Assembly (NCBI RefSeq): GCF_001306055.1
Contig: NZ_LGHJ01000027.1
Coordinates: forward strand, 1 to 32,000
Origin: Bellilinea caldifistulae
GTDB taxonomy: Bacteria > Chloroflexota > Anaerolineae > Anaerolineales > Anaerolineaceae
Reading direction: 5' to 3'
DNA: 32,000 bases
Below are positions 1 through 9,400 of this stretch, piece after piece; position 1 is the first letter of the stretch, and each line of letters begins with the position of its first letter. The notes under the pieces were generated by a model. That model saw only the letters and a list, made by a program, of their open reading frames with translations. It searched no databases and was not told where the DNA came from. The position numbers and the translations under genes are program-made.

Positions 1-180
1 ATGATCCTTTGCCGGTTTCTTCGAAACGCTGCTTTTCCATCCCGCTGATCTCCAAAGTGGTTTGGTTCGATTGTATTAAGGTTTTCCCCTTTTCGTCAAT
101 CCCAGTTGTTTGTTTTTCAACAATCTCCTGATAAAAGTTTTTGCTTTTGATGAAGAATCAGATATAATCAAATAAAATTT

Positions 181-1542
181 TTGGATTCGGGAAAATTACC
201 CTTTGACCCCAACCAGAAACGAACGATCCCTATGACAAATTATCTGATGTCCGATGATTCTTTTATGGTTTCATCGGTTTATAAGCCAAAGCTGAATTAT
301 CGCATCTTTCTCTTTATTCGGGATCAACAAGAAGCACAAGAACTCACCGGGCAAATCAGCGCCTTTGGTTACCAGATTAATCAGTTTACAAAATCAGATG
401 ATTTAATTTCTGCCTTGCGCTGGTCCTTACCCAATGCTATCCTCGTCTTTGTGGACTCTAAAACGCTTTCTTTTGAAGATTACGAAGACCTGGCGCAAAA
501 ACTCAAAAAACAATCCAATAACCTGCCGCTGATAATCATCAGTGCTGAGGATAATTTCGACTTAAGGCTGAGAGTAGTACGCGCGGGCGGATCAGCCTTT
601 TTCACCCATCCGGTTGATATCAGTACCTTGATCGGTTCTCTGGATGAGTTCGCCAATCCGGCACCTACGATTCCTAATCGGATTTTGATCATTGATGATG
701 TCCTTTCGCAGGCAAGTTTTTATGCCATGCATCTGGAAAAAGTGGGTATGCAAACCCGCATCGTCACCGACCCGCGCCAGATGATCCAACCCATGATCGA
801 ATTTAACCCCGATCTGATTCTTCTGGATATGTACCTGCCAGACTGCAATGGAATTGAACTGGCGCGCATGATCCGCCAGATGGAAAACTTCGTATCGGTG
901 CCAATCGTTTTTCTGTCTGCCGAGACGGATCGCGAACGTCAACTGGCCGCTTTGATGATGGGCGCCGATGATTTCCTGATCAAACCCGTCAAACCCGAGC
1001 ACCTGATAGCCTCAGTCACTTCTCGCATCGAAAGATACCGGAAATTGCGTTCCTTGATGATTTATGACGGCTTAACCAATCTGCTCAATCACACCACCAT
1101 CAAAGAACGACTTGTCAAGGAATTACTCCGTTCTGAACGAGACAAACAACCGCTTTCTTTTGCAATGATTGATCTTGATCATTTCAAGAACGTCAATGAC
1201 CGTTACGGGCATTCTGCCGGTGACCGGGTGCTCAAGAGCCTGGCTCGCCTGCTTAAGCAACGATTACGCCGGACTGACTTAATTGGCCGTTATGGAGGGG
1301 AGGAATTTTCCATCATTTTTCCCAATACAACCGCAGCTGAAGCCGCATCGGTGGTTGATAAACTGCGGGAAAGTTTTGCCCGCCTGCACCACCTCGGCCC
1401 TGAGGGAGTTTTTACGGTCACATTCAGCGCCGGTATTGCTTCCTTCCCGCAGTTCAAAAGCGCAATTGCGATCAGTAACGCCGCTGACCGAGCGCTCTAT
1501 CAGGCAAAGGAAAAAGGCCGCAACCGCATCAGCGTAATTTGA
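181..1542 (+). CDS. Response-regulator diguanylate cyclase (degenerate REC + canonical REC + GGDEF)
   Basis: 453-aa ORF. It opens with TTG at 181 and the first ATG is at 232, so the start is uncertain. The second receiver domain has canonical motifs (RILIIDD, LILLDMYLPD, FLIKP). The C-terminal GGDEF domain has an intact RYGGEEF active site and an RxxD I-site (RRTD) five residues upstream. Confidence 0.85.
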   Translation: MDSGKLPFDPNQKRTIPMTNYLMSDDSFMVSSVYKPKLNYRIFLFIRDQQEAQELTGQISAFGYQINQFTKSDDLISALRWSLPNAILVFVDSKTLSFEDYEDLAQKLKKQSNNLPLIIISAEDNFDLRLRVVRAGGSAFFTHPVDISTLIGSLDEFANPAPTIPNRILIIDDVLSQASFYAMHLEKVGMQTRIVTDPRQMIQPMIEFNPDLILLDMYLPDCNGIELARMIRQMENFVSVPIVFLSAETDRERQLAALMMGADDFLIKPVKPEHLIASVTSRIERYRKLRSLMIYDGLTNLLNHTTIKERLVKELLRSERDKQPLSFAMIDLDHFKNVNDRYGHSAGDRVLKSLARLLKQRLRRTDLIGRYGGEEFSIIFPNTTAAEAASVVDKLRESFARLHHLGPEGVFTVTFSAGIASFPQFKSAIAISNAADRALYQAKEKGRNRISVI

Positions 1543-1553
1543 GGAATTGACCC

Positions 1554-2060
1554 TCAGCGGCGCACAGTAACCTCCACCAGAATTTTCAAGGCATCCGCTT
1601 CAACCGTGATGGATTTGATGACTGCGCCTTCACCAGCCTGATTCACCTGATCCCGAATCACTTTGGAAAGCGCTTCGTTGACTTTTTTAACGGCATCGCT
1701 GGCAAGATCAACACCCGGAATGTTAATGGCGGTCACCTCTACTTTTGGCTGGTCGTTAACAACCGAAAACTTAAGTTCCACCTGTCCGTTCAACCGTTGA
1801 CCGCCCAGCGCCTGATACTGGCCTTTCGCAACGATTCGGTCGGGTTCAACGAATTCAATATCTTCGACTTCAATAAGCGGCAGTTTTTCACCCTGAGAAG
1901 CGGCCGCCGATTGAGCAGTCGAGATGATTTGCTTGATGGTATCCTCCTTCAAAGTAATCGGGATGGATAACTTGCCATCCTGAAGGCTCAGATTGCAAGC
2001 CAGCGAAACCAGCATTAAAATCATACCCACTATCAGGATCATCCGCTTTTTTTGATTCAT
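1554..2060 (-). CDS. Hypothetical secreted or lipoprotein-like protein
   Basis: ORF 1554..2111 trimmed to the ATG at 2058-2060 (MNQKKRMILIVGMILMLVSLAC...). This gives a basic N-terminus, a hydrophobic core and a lipobox-like LVSLAC. No family recognised. Confidence 0.55.
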   Translation of the reverse strand: MNQKKRMILIVGMILMLVSLACNLSLQDGKLSIPITLKEDTIKQIISTAQSAAASQGEKLPLIEVEDIEFVEPDRIVAKGQYQALGGQRLNGQVELKFSVVNDQPKVEVTAINIPGVDLASDAVKKVNEALSKVIRDQVNQAGEGAVIKSITVEADALKILVEVTVRR

Positions 2061-2112
2061 GGTCAAACTCCTTTTGTTGAATTCAAACAGTAAGTAACGT
2101 GATTCTACCAAT

Positions 2113-2141
2113 AAAAAAGGGGCTGAATGGGTTTCAGCCCC
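2113..2141 (-). terminator. Rho-independent terminator downstream of the protease gene
   Basis: Perfect 8-bp stem GGGGCTGA (2119-2126) / TCAGCCCC (2134-2141) with a 7-nt loop. The A-run at 2113-2118 on the + strand is a T-run on the - strand directly 3' of the hairpin. It lies 27 nt past the stop of the 2168..3760 gene. Confidence 0.6.
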
Positions 2142-2167
2142 TTGTCAACGAAAAATTTGCTACAACC

Positions 2168-3760
2168 TTAAGGTAAAGCCCCTACAACATCAAAAGTTGC
2201 CAGCACTTGATCAAATGCCTTTAGATCCGCATCCGTCATGGCGTTGAATAAGACCGATACCAGTAAAGAAGTTTTATCCACCTTAGGACGGGCAGTAAGC
2301 ACGATAAACAAGTTGCCCGCGCCTTCGCAGTTTTTGTAAACATCATACGAGCCTTCGAAAGCATTATCTTCGTATTTTTCGCGGATTTGCCACTTGCAGG
2401 ATGACTGAAAAACGGATTTGTAGTAATCCAGTAATTGGATGTAGCCAGCCAGTTTTGCCACCTGATCGGATACGCCGAAGAAAATGCCGGGTTCATCAAA
2501 CGCGTTATTGAAACGATCCAGGTTCGCCGCAGCGCTGATAGAGGAACCAATCACTTCCCCATCCGAAACCCACGGAGAGCCGTCTACCTGTGTCCATGTA
2601 GATGGGATGGCAACCTGAATTGCTCCATAATCATCCTGCACCAGCACATAATCGCCATAGGCCTGCCCGCTTCCCCCGGAAACATCCTCCTCCAATTGCT
2701 GGGCGAAGGAAAATTTGGTTTCTAACGGTTTTCCGTTCAATTCACCTGCCAAAACTTCCTGAGTGCCGAAGCGGAGAACTTCAATGGCTAGCACATCACT
2801 GGCGTTGCGAGTGCGCAAAATATTGCAGTAATCGGTCATCTGACCATCGGTTGCCAGCACCAGACCTTCCATCAGGGTGATAATGTCACCCCCTTGCAGA
2901 CCAGCCTTACCAGCCGGAGAACCCGATTTCACCGAGGCCACCCAAATACCTGACAGGCTGCCATCCTCCGAAACAACCGCCTGGCCATTAATGCCGATGG
3001 ATTCATAATCCTGCCCTGCTTTGAGGATTTCAATCACTTTGAGGGCATCCTTGCCGCGGATGGCAAAGTTTTGGTCAAAGCGGTCATTGCCGGCATAATT
3101 GACCCCGACGACCTGGCCCTGCATATTCACCAGCGGGCCGCCGGAATTGCCACCGCGGATGCGGGCATCATGTTCAATGACAGCCGGTACTGACGCCCAA
3201 AAAGACTCACCATCCGCATTGGCTTTGGATACAATCCCTTTGGTCAACGTGTATTCAGGATCGCCTAACGGAAAACCAGCCGCATAAACTTCGAGGCCAG
3301 GGGTAATTTCACCTTCATAGAAGGTCAGAAATGGAAAATCATCCCCCTCGATATCAATCACTGCCAGATCCCAGCATTCCGAAACGCCCAGTATTTTGGC
3401 ATTGCGCGGACGTGTTTCACCTGCCAGAAAGACCTTGAGCAGCGCTGCCCCTGTAACCACATGATTATTGGTTACAGCGATGCCGGAAGGATCAATAATA
3501 AAACCGGTACCACGCCCGGCCACGTTATAAAGGCTGCCCAATTCCGGATCCACGAAACTACCCTGCGCCTCAATTTGCACGGTGGCGCTGCGTAACAGGC
3601 TCAGCACATCAACCTGTTGGGTCGGTGTGGGCTGAGGAGCAGAGGTGGGTAATTCCACCGGCGGATTGGTCGGCGCAGTCGTTGGTTGACTGGCCGGTGC
3701 ACAAGCCACTAACAGGCTTAAAATCAATAAAAATGTCCCTAAATACTGAGCGCGCCTCAT
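2168..3760 (-). CDS. Trypsin-like (HtrA/DegP-type) serine protease with PDZ domain and an extra C-terminal domain; lipoprotein-type signal
   Basis: ORF 2168..3838 trimmed to the ATG at 3758-3760 (MRRAQYLGTFLLILSLLVAC), preceded by GGAGGAAAGC. Catalytic triad context TNNHV / DLAVIDI / GNSGGPL. PDZ-like segment GIWVASVKSGSPAGKAGLQGGDII. About 190 aa follow the PDZ with no recognised family. Confidence 0.8.
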   Translation of the reverse strand: MRRAQYLGTFLLILSLLVACAPASQPTTAPTNPPVELPTSAPQPTPTQQVDVLSLLRSATVQIEAQGSFVDPELGSLYNVAGRGTGFIIDPSGIAVTNNHVVTGAALLKVFLAGETRPRNAKILGVSECWDLAVIDIEGDDFPFLTFYEGEITPGLEVYAAGFPLGDPEYTLTKGIVSKANADGESFWASVPAVIEHDARIRGGNSGGPLVNMQGQVVGVNYAGNDRFDQNFAIRGKDALKVIEILKAGQDYESIGINGQAVVSEDGSLSGIWVASVKSGSPAGKAGLQGGDIITLMEGLVLATDGQMTDYCNILRTRNASDVLAIEVLRFGTQEVLAGELNGKPLETKFSFAQQLEEDVSGGSGQAYGDYVLVQDDYGAIQVAIPSTWTQVDGSPWVSDGEVIGSSISAAANLDRFNNAFDEPGIFFGVSDQVAKLAGYIQLLDYYKSVFQSSCKWQIREKYEDNAFEGSYDVYKNCEGAGNLFIVLTARPKVDKTSLLVSVLFNAMTDADLKAFDQVLATFDVVGALP

Positions 3761-3997
3761 GCTTTCCTCCATTGGGTGGTTAATCTGATGAATACAATTC
3801 TTATTTTTGATTTTACTACCTAACAATTCCTCCAACATAGGATGATTTTTGTTTTCACCCTCTTGGAAATAATGAGTGATTTGATCATAAAATTTGCCTT
3901 TTATTCTTTACTTCATCAGTAAAATTTTCTACAATTAGATTAAATTCTCCGCTTTCCAGGCGGGAAAAAAGATGCTTTCGTGACTCGGTGAGTAATT

Positions 3998-4645
3998 ATG
4001 GAAAAATTTTCAAGTGCTTTTTCCTTTCAGCATCGTTTCCGTTTCATCAACTCCTTTCAACTTCAATTTCCGGTTTTCATGAATTTACCCTATGCTGGAA
4101 CAATCAACCTCAACGAGATCACGTTTGGGTTATGCGGCGGAATGTGTTTTGCAGCGCTGGATTATTTTCACGCCAACCAGTTACCCCCTCCATTCCAAAC
4201 CCCGCAAGAAATTGATCCCCAATTGTTCGGATTCCTTTGTGATCGCCAGTTAGACAGTTTGAAAGTTTTTACAGTACTTAAATTCATGGAATGGATGATT
4301 ATTGATGAAAAACAAATTGTAACCCGCATTAAGAGGTATGAAATCCCTAAAATGAAGCGTCTCCTTCAAAAGGGTGAACCGGCCGTACTGGGTTTGGTAC
4401 GCGTGCGCGGCGTGCAAAGCCCAACCCAAAATCATCAGGTACTTGCCACCGGTTATGAGCTTGATCCGGCGTTTGAGCAAATCTCAATCTCCCTTTATGA
4501 CCCAAATCATCCACACCTGAATCCTGTCATCCGTTTTTTCATGGGTAAAAACGCAACCGCCCCGCTTTTCATCCAATCCACCGGTGAACCGCTGTTTGGT
4601 TTTTTTGTAATACCTTACCGTTTTCAAAAACCGCCCCAAATCTAG
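3998..4645 (+). CDS. Hypothetical protein (possible papain-like Cys/His fold)
   Basis: 215-aa ORF with no competing frame. Ordered motifs GLCGGMCFAALDYF ... NHQVLATGY ... LYDPNHP. No family recognised with certainty. Confidence 0.5.
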   Translation: MEKFSSAFSFQHRFRFINSFQLQFPVFMNLPYAGTINLNEITFGLCGGMCFAALDYFHANQLPPPFQTPQEIDPQLFGFLCDRQLDSLKVFTVLKFMEWMIIDEKQIVTRIKRYEIPKMKRLLQKGEPAVLGLVRVRGVQSPTQNHQVLATGYELDPAFEQISISLYDPNHPHLNPVIRFFMGKNATAPLFIQSTGEPLFGFFVIPYRFQKPPQI

Positions 4646-4874
4646 ATCGTTCATCCTGACAAGTTGATAAGGGCAACTTTTTGCATTTTCCCCTTTTTCT
4701 CTATAAAGCTGAAAGAAGAGGGTTTTATCAAAAGTTACGGTATTTTTGAAGAAAAACTCCAAACCGCGAGAATCCCCTTGATTAGCGCGATCATCAAATT
4801 GTTTTATCCCTCGATGGGAGAACCACCGACACATAAAAAAAGAGGATGTCGGGTTCATTCTCATCTGATTTCTG

Positions 4875-4921
4875 TCGGGGCGGGCGGATTTGAACCGCCG
4901 ACCTCACGGACCCGAACCGTG
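4875..4921 (-). tRNA. Truncated tRNA-Pro(CGG), 3' portion only (anticodon arm to discriminator); probable att-site remnant
   Basis: The reverse complement reads CACGG-TTCGGGT-CCGTG AGGTC GGCGG-TTCAAAT-CCGCC CGCCCCG A. This is a perfect 5-bp anticodon stem, a 7-nt loop with anticodon CGG and G37, a 5-nt variable loop, a canonical T-arm, a 7-nt acceptor 3' strand and discriminator A. The 27 nt upstream have no D-arm and no complementary CGGGGCG acceptor strand. Confidence 0.6.
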
Positions 4922-5053
4922 AAATCAGCGGCATTTTCCAATTGGTTACTATGCTAAGTGCCAGCACTTGACGGGTGACGCAATCGCATGGTCATGGTCT
5001 AAATCGCTTTGGACAATCATCAAATACCGCTTAACCATATCCAGGGTTGAATG

Positions 5054-5821
5054 TCACAAGATTTTTTGAAGCGAATAAATATTTCCTCCATTTCTCAGAA
5101 ATTTGATGGCAAATGTATGTCTGAATCGGTGAGGAAAAACGTGACTGATATTGCTTTTATCCCCAATCTCTGACAAAATCTTTCTCAATTTACATCGCTC
5201 CATTGGTTTTCCACTCTTTAAAGCAAATAATGGGGAAGAAGAGGAACTCTCTTTTCGATTGGCAAGATATTCATCAATCACCCCTATGGTCTCCCTGGAA
5301 ATGGGGACCAAACGCTCTTTTTTCCCTTTCCCAATAACTCTAATATGCCCTGTAACACGATTCAAATCTTTGATTCGCAAATTGCACAATTCTGTTGCTC
5401 TAATCCCAGTATCCAACAGGGTGAGAATGATGGCTCGATCACGTAAAGGATAATGAGATTGAGAAGCGCTCTCCAATAAAGCACAGATTTCCTTTTTCGA
5501 AATAGGGATAATAGTTTTCTTTTCGGCAACCGGGGCTTTAATTTGACGGACAGGATTCTCCTTACACACCCCCTGCTGAACTGCCCACTGCCACAATGCT
5601 GATAAATCTGCATGATGATTTCGGAGCGTTTTTGCCGACACATTCGATTGTGTAGCCATGAATTGAATGATGTGTTGCTTACTGATAGTCTCAAACTCCA
5701 AATCACCAAAGAAGGCAAGGAACTTTCTGAAGGTGACACCATAATCCCGGATGGTATGCGGTGAGTATCGCATAGCAATCCGTTCTTCGATAAATTGTTT
5801 GACCGCAGTGCTAAACAACAT
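5054..5821 (-). CDS. Tyrosine recombinase/integrase (XerC/D-like), cut short by an in-frame TGA before the catalytic Tyr; likely pseudogene
   Basis: N-terminal SAM-like core-binding region. Catalytic-domain motifs DTGIRATEL (Arg) and HRFRHTFA (His-x-x-Arg). The ORF stops at LQKIL-TGA, yet the same frame continues HSTLDMVKRYLMIVQSDL... down to a TAG at 4949-4951. Confidence 0.75.
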   Translation of the reverse strand: MLFSTAVKQFIEERIAMRYSPHTIRDYGVTFRKFLAFFGDLEFETISKQHIIQFMATQSNVSAKTLRNHHADLSALWQWAVQQGVCKENPVRQIKAPVAEKKTIIPISKKEICALLESASQSHYPLRDRAIILTLLDTGIRATELCNLRIKDLNRVTGHIRVIGKGKKERLVPISRETIGVIDEYLANRKESSSSSPLFALKSGKPMERCKLRKILSEIGDKSNISHVFPHRFRHTFAIKFLRNGGNIYSLQKIL

Positions 5822-6250
5822 AGCATCCTCCGTTAATTGGTGGTAATTTTTTGGTATTCCGATTCTGCCACCTCAAAACGGTCTTGAAAATATAAATTTT
5901 TGCTATACTATTGGGAAAGACAAATTCAGCCCCACCGCTGGTATCGGCGAGGCTGAGACGGCAACGCGGTGAAGGCGCGTTGCGGCAAAAACAAGCATAG
6001 CAAACTTTTGCCGCCCGCGCAAGTGAACCGCTAGGGAGTACAACAGATTCTTTGCGCAGTAATTTTATCTTTTCTGTACCTACTTAGTTGGTTTCCGCGT
6101 ACAGACAGTGATTTGTCAGAAAGCAGGGGGCTGTTCTTTCAACATAGTGACTTTATCCATGAAATCTCCTATTCCCCCAACTCTACTCTCACAAGTTTTA
6201 CAGCTTAACAAGGTATAAAAAATGCTCGGATTTCAACAAAATATGTAGTT

Positions 6251-6269
6251 TGTTGCAGTACTTGCAACA
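6251..6269. promoter_or_regulatory. Perfect 7-bp inverted repeat TGTTGCA-N5-TGCAACA upstream of WYL-cas3 (candidate operator)
   Basis: TGTTGCAGTACTTGCAACA, read directly, 135 nt upstream of the cas3 ATG. No binding data. Confidence 0.3.
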
Positions 6270-6312
6270 TCTATTCTGTAAGATATAGATAAGTCTGTAA
6301 CGCCTTCTCTAT

Positions 6313-6326
6313 TTTGATTAATCAAA
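6313..6326. promoter_or_regulatory. 14-bp perfect palindrome TTTGATTAATCAAA upstream of WYL-cas3 (candidate operator)
   Basis: Read directly. It is followed by TTTCAAA (6336-6342) / TTTGAAA (6353-6359) inverted heptamers. Confidence 0.3.
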
Positions 6327-6403
6327 TGATATGGATTTCAAAGACTTCTTGATTTGAAAGCACAAACGTCAAAAAAATTCATAAATGATAATAGGATGCA
6401 AAG

Positions 6404-9400
6404 ATGAGTGGACTGACCAAATCCGAACGATTGGAAGAAATGAAACGATTATACATTCAACGGGCATATTCCGATAAGGAACTGGCTGAACGGTTGGGAG
6501 TAAACAGAACACAAATTTATCGGGATCGAATCGAACTTTCCCGTGAATATCCGATAGAAAAAGATCAAAATGGACGGTATCACATTCCTCGCTCAAAACT
6601 GCTTTCAGAAATCAAGGTCAACCTTCTCGAAGCACTTACCCTCTATCTGGCTGCCAGCAAAATAGCCCGCCAAACCCGAGTTTATCACCCCCCCGCTGCC
6701 AACGCCGTCGAAAAACTGGCTGCGGTCTTACGCCAGCCAATGACGGAACAACTGCTGAACTCTGCCAACCGTCTCTTGAATCAAGAGAAAAAACCGGAAA
6801 AGATCAAAATCCTTGAAACCATTGCTCAGGCATGGGTGGAGCAGCGCAAAGTCCGAATGGAATATCAACGTCTGGGGCATGATGAAATTACGCGGCACAC
6901 TATCAGTCCCTATCTGATCGAACCTTCTATCTGGAGTGACAGTGTCTATGTCATTGCTCAAAGCGACTTCAACGATAAAATTTATCCCTTCAAAATAGAC
7001 CGAATCCTTTCCGCCTTCCTGACCAGCGAAACTTTTGCAATTCCCTCATCTTTTAGCTCAGAGGACTTGTTGAAACATGCCTGGGGAATCTGGTATGCCG
7101 ACCGCGAACCGGTTACCGTAAAACTGCGGTTTTTCCCCTCTCCAACCGTCATTCAACGGTTAGAGGAAAGTATCTGGCATCCGTTAGAGCGCGTCGAGAA
7201 AACCGAAGATGGCGGTCGAATCTGGAGCGTGGAAATTGCCGATTGGCGCGAGATGCTCCCCTGGATACGAGGATGGGGCGCCGATGTGGAAGTGCTGGAA
7301 CCGCCAGATCTGCGCTCCGCGTTGGAAAAAGAAGCCAGAAGAATGGCAAAATTGTATGGGATGGGAGATCTTAATACGGTGCGCCCTCGTTTCTTTGCCC
7401 ACCGTCGTGAGGATGAAGATTCTGAAAACTGGCAGCCCCTTATTGAGCATTTGAGGAACACAGCAGCAATGGCGCGCGACTTTGGCAAGGACGCCAACGT
7501 TGCGGATTTTGCTTACATCACTGGGCTGCTCCACGATTTAGGCAAATACTCAGATGAATTTCAAAAGCGGCTTGTAGGCAGTGGGAGGCGTGTTGATCAC
7601 TCTACTGCTGGCGCGAAAGAACTTATTAGCCTTTTCAAAGATAAGCCACAGCGACCCTTTGCTTATCTTCTAGCATATCCCATCTTGGGGCATCATGCCG
7701 GCTTGCCCGATTACGGTAGCGAAACTGATTTGGAAGGAGGCACCCTCTGTGCACGGCTAAAGAATGTCATTCCCGATTACAGTGCGTATAAAAACGAATT
7801 AGATGTTACGGAGTTGTCGCTTCCGCTAAATTTACCTTTTCGTCCATTGCACCTGCCAATTATCCCTCAAAAGCCACCCAAAAATTATTTTGGGTTCTCA
7901 CTCTCTTTTATGGCGCGTATGATTTATTCTGCCCTGGTTGATGCCGATTTTCAGGAAACGGAAACCTATATGAGGGGTAAAAAACCTCGCGGCGAGTATG
8001 ACAAGATCCCTGAATTGCGGGGAAAACTGGATCAGCACTTAAGGCAATTTGAGAAACCGACCAGCGAAATCAACCAAAAGCGCAACGAAATACTTCACGC
8101 CTGTATCGAAAAAGCAAAAACTGAAAAACCCGGCTTCTTCTCGCTTACTGTGCCAACAGGCGGAGGGAAGACGCTCGCTTCAATGGCGTTTGCACTTCAT
8201 CATGCTGCTGAATACGGCTTAAGACGTGTCATCTATGTGATCCCCTTCACGACCATCATCGAGCAAAACGCCGGGGTTTTCAAGAATATTTTCGGTGAAG
8301 AGCAGGTACTGGAACATCACTCCAATTTCGATTGGGAAGGTAAAAACCGTGAGGATGCCGACAACCGTACCAACAGTGTTCTTGCCAAACTCAAACTAGC
8401 GGCGGAGAACTGGGAGATTCCAATTGTGGTCACAACCAATGTGCAGTTTTTCGAATCGCTGTTTGCTAACAAGTCATCGCGCTGCCGAAAGCTACATAAC
8501 ATTGCAAAAAGCGTGATTATTTTTGATGAAGCCCAAATGTTACCGCGGGAGTACATGCGCCCAGCAATGGCGGCGGTATGGGAATTGGTCACCAATTACG
8601 GCGTAAGCGCCCTCTTTTGTACTGCTACCCAGCCCCGCTTGGAACGTTTCCTACCCTTGGGGACCGAAGTTAAAGAACTCGCACCCAACCCGCAGGAATT
8701 ATTCGATTTTTATAAGCGAGTGGATGTGCAGAATCTTGGGACGCTCACCGACGTGGAATTGTTAGATCGTCTGAATCGGCATGACCAGGTTCTGTGCATT
8801 GTCAACACCCGCCGCCACGCTAGCGGATTATTCAAGGGCTTACAGGGCGATGGAAATTTCCACCTTTCGACTCTAATGTGCCCGGTGCACCGCCGCGCCA
8901 AATTGGAGGAAATCAAAAAGAGATTGTCGAGCGGAAAATCCTGCCGCGTGGTCTCAACCACGGTAATGGAAGCAGGGATTGATCTGGATTTTCCCATCGG
9001 CTATCGCGCCCTTTCAGGGCTGGATTCCATCAACCAGGCGGCAGGACGCGTCAACCGCGAGATGCGGCAACCGTCAGGCTATCTGTTTGTTTTCGAGCCA
9101 AAGTCGGAATTCATCAATAAGACGCCTTCTTTTATCAAACAGGCGGCGGAAGTTGCTCGCATGGTCTTGCGTGATCATGCCAAAGCGCCGATTTCCATCC
9201 CCGCTATTCAAGCATTTTTCGGACATTTGTATAACTTGCAAGACCCTCTGGCATTTGACTTCAAACGTATTATGGATTGCTTTGAGGATGACGAGGGCAG
9301 GTTCAAATTTGAGACGGCGTCGCGGGCGTTCCAAATCATCGAAGACCCAACCGTAACGGTCATTATTCCCTTTAACGAGGAGGCTAAAAAACTGATTGAA

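Noticed and set aside
1-40. Possible minus-strand gene start (MEKQRFEETGKGS...) running off the left edge.
   Set aside because: Only about 13 codons are visible and there is no clear RBS, so there is too little sequence to support a call.
4664-4957. 97-aa + strand ORF that overlaps the tRNA-like sequence.
   Set aside because: It spans the tRNA-Pro fragment and the tail of the integrase frame, has no RBS, and its composition is not protein-like. It is most likely spurious.
4865-4965. Possibility of an intact tRNA or tmRNA gene.
   Set aside because: Only the anticodon arm through the acceptor 3' strand is present. The upstream sequence (...AATTGGAAAATGCCGCTGATTT) has no D-arm and no 5' acceptor strand complementary to CGCCCCG. 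There is also no tmRNA-like tag region.
5054-5056. The in-frame TGA in the integrase (and the TGA at 24129-24131 in the IS remnant) as evidence of stop-codon recoding, for example TGA read as Gly.
   Set aside because: Several well-supported genes in this window terminate at TGA at their expected ends (the GGDEF gene, cas5c, cas2, the ABC ATPase and the M20 peptidase). The IS remnant also carries a TAG and a frameshift. Ordinary pseudogenisation is the simpler reading.
5822-6403. tracrRNA-like or anti-repeat element in the gap upstream of cas3.
   Set aside because: Type I systems do not use tracrRNA, and I found no segment complementary to the repeat in this region.
6369-6596. 75-aa minus-strand ORF that overlaps the cas3 start, plus other antisense or out-of-frame ORFs inside cas3, cas8c, cas7c, cas4, cas1 and the transporter genes.
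   Set aside because: All are embedded in longer ORFs with clear family motifs on the opposite strand or in another frame. None has a recognisable motif.
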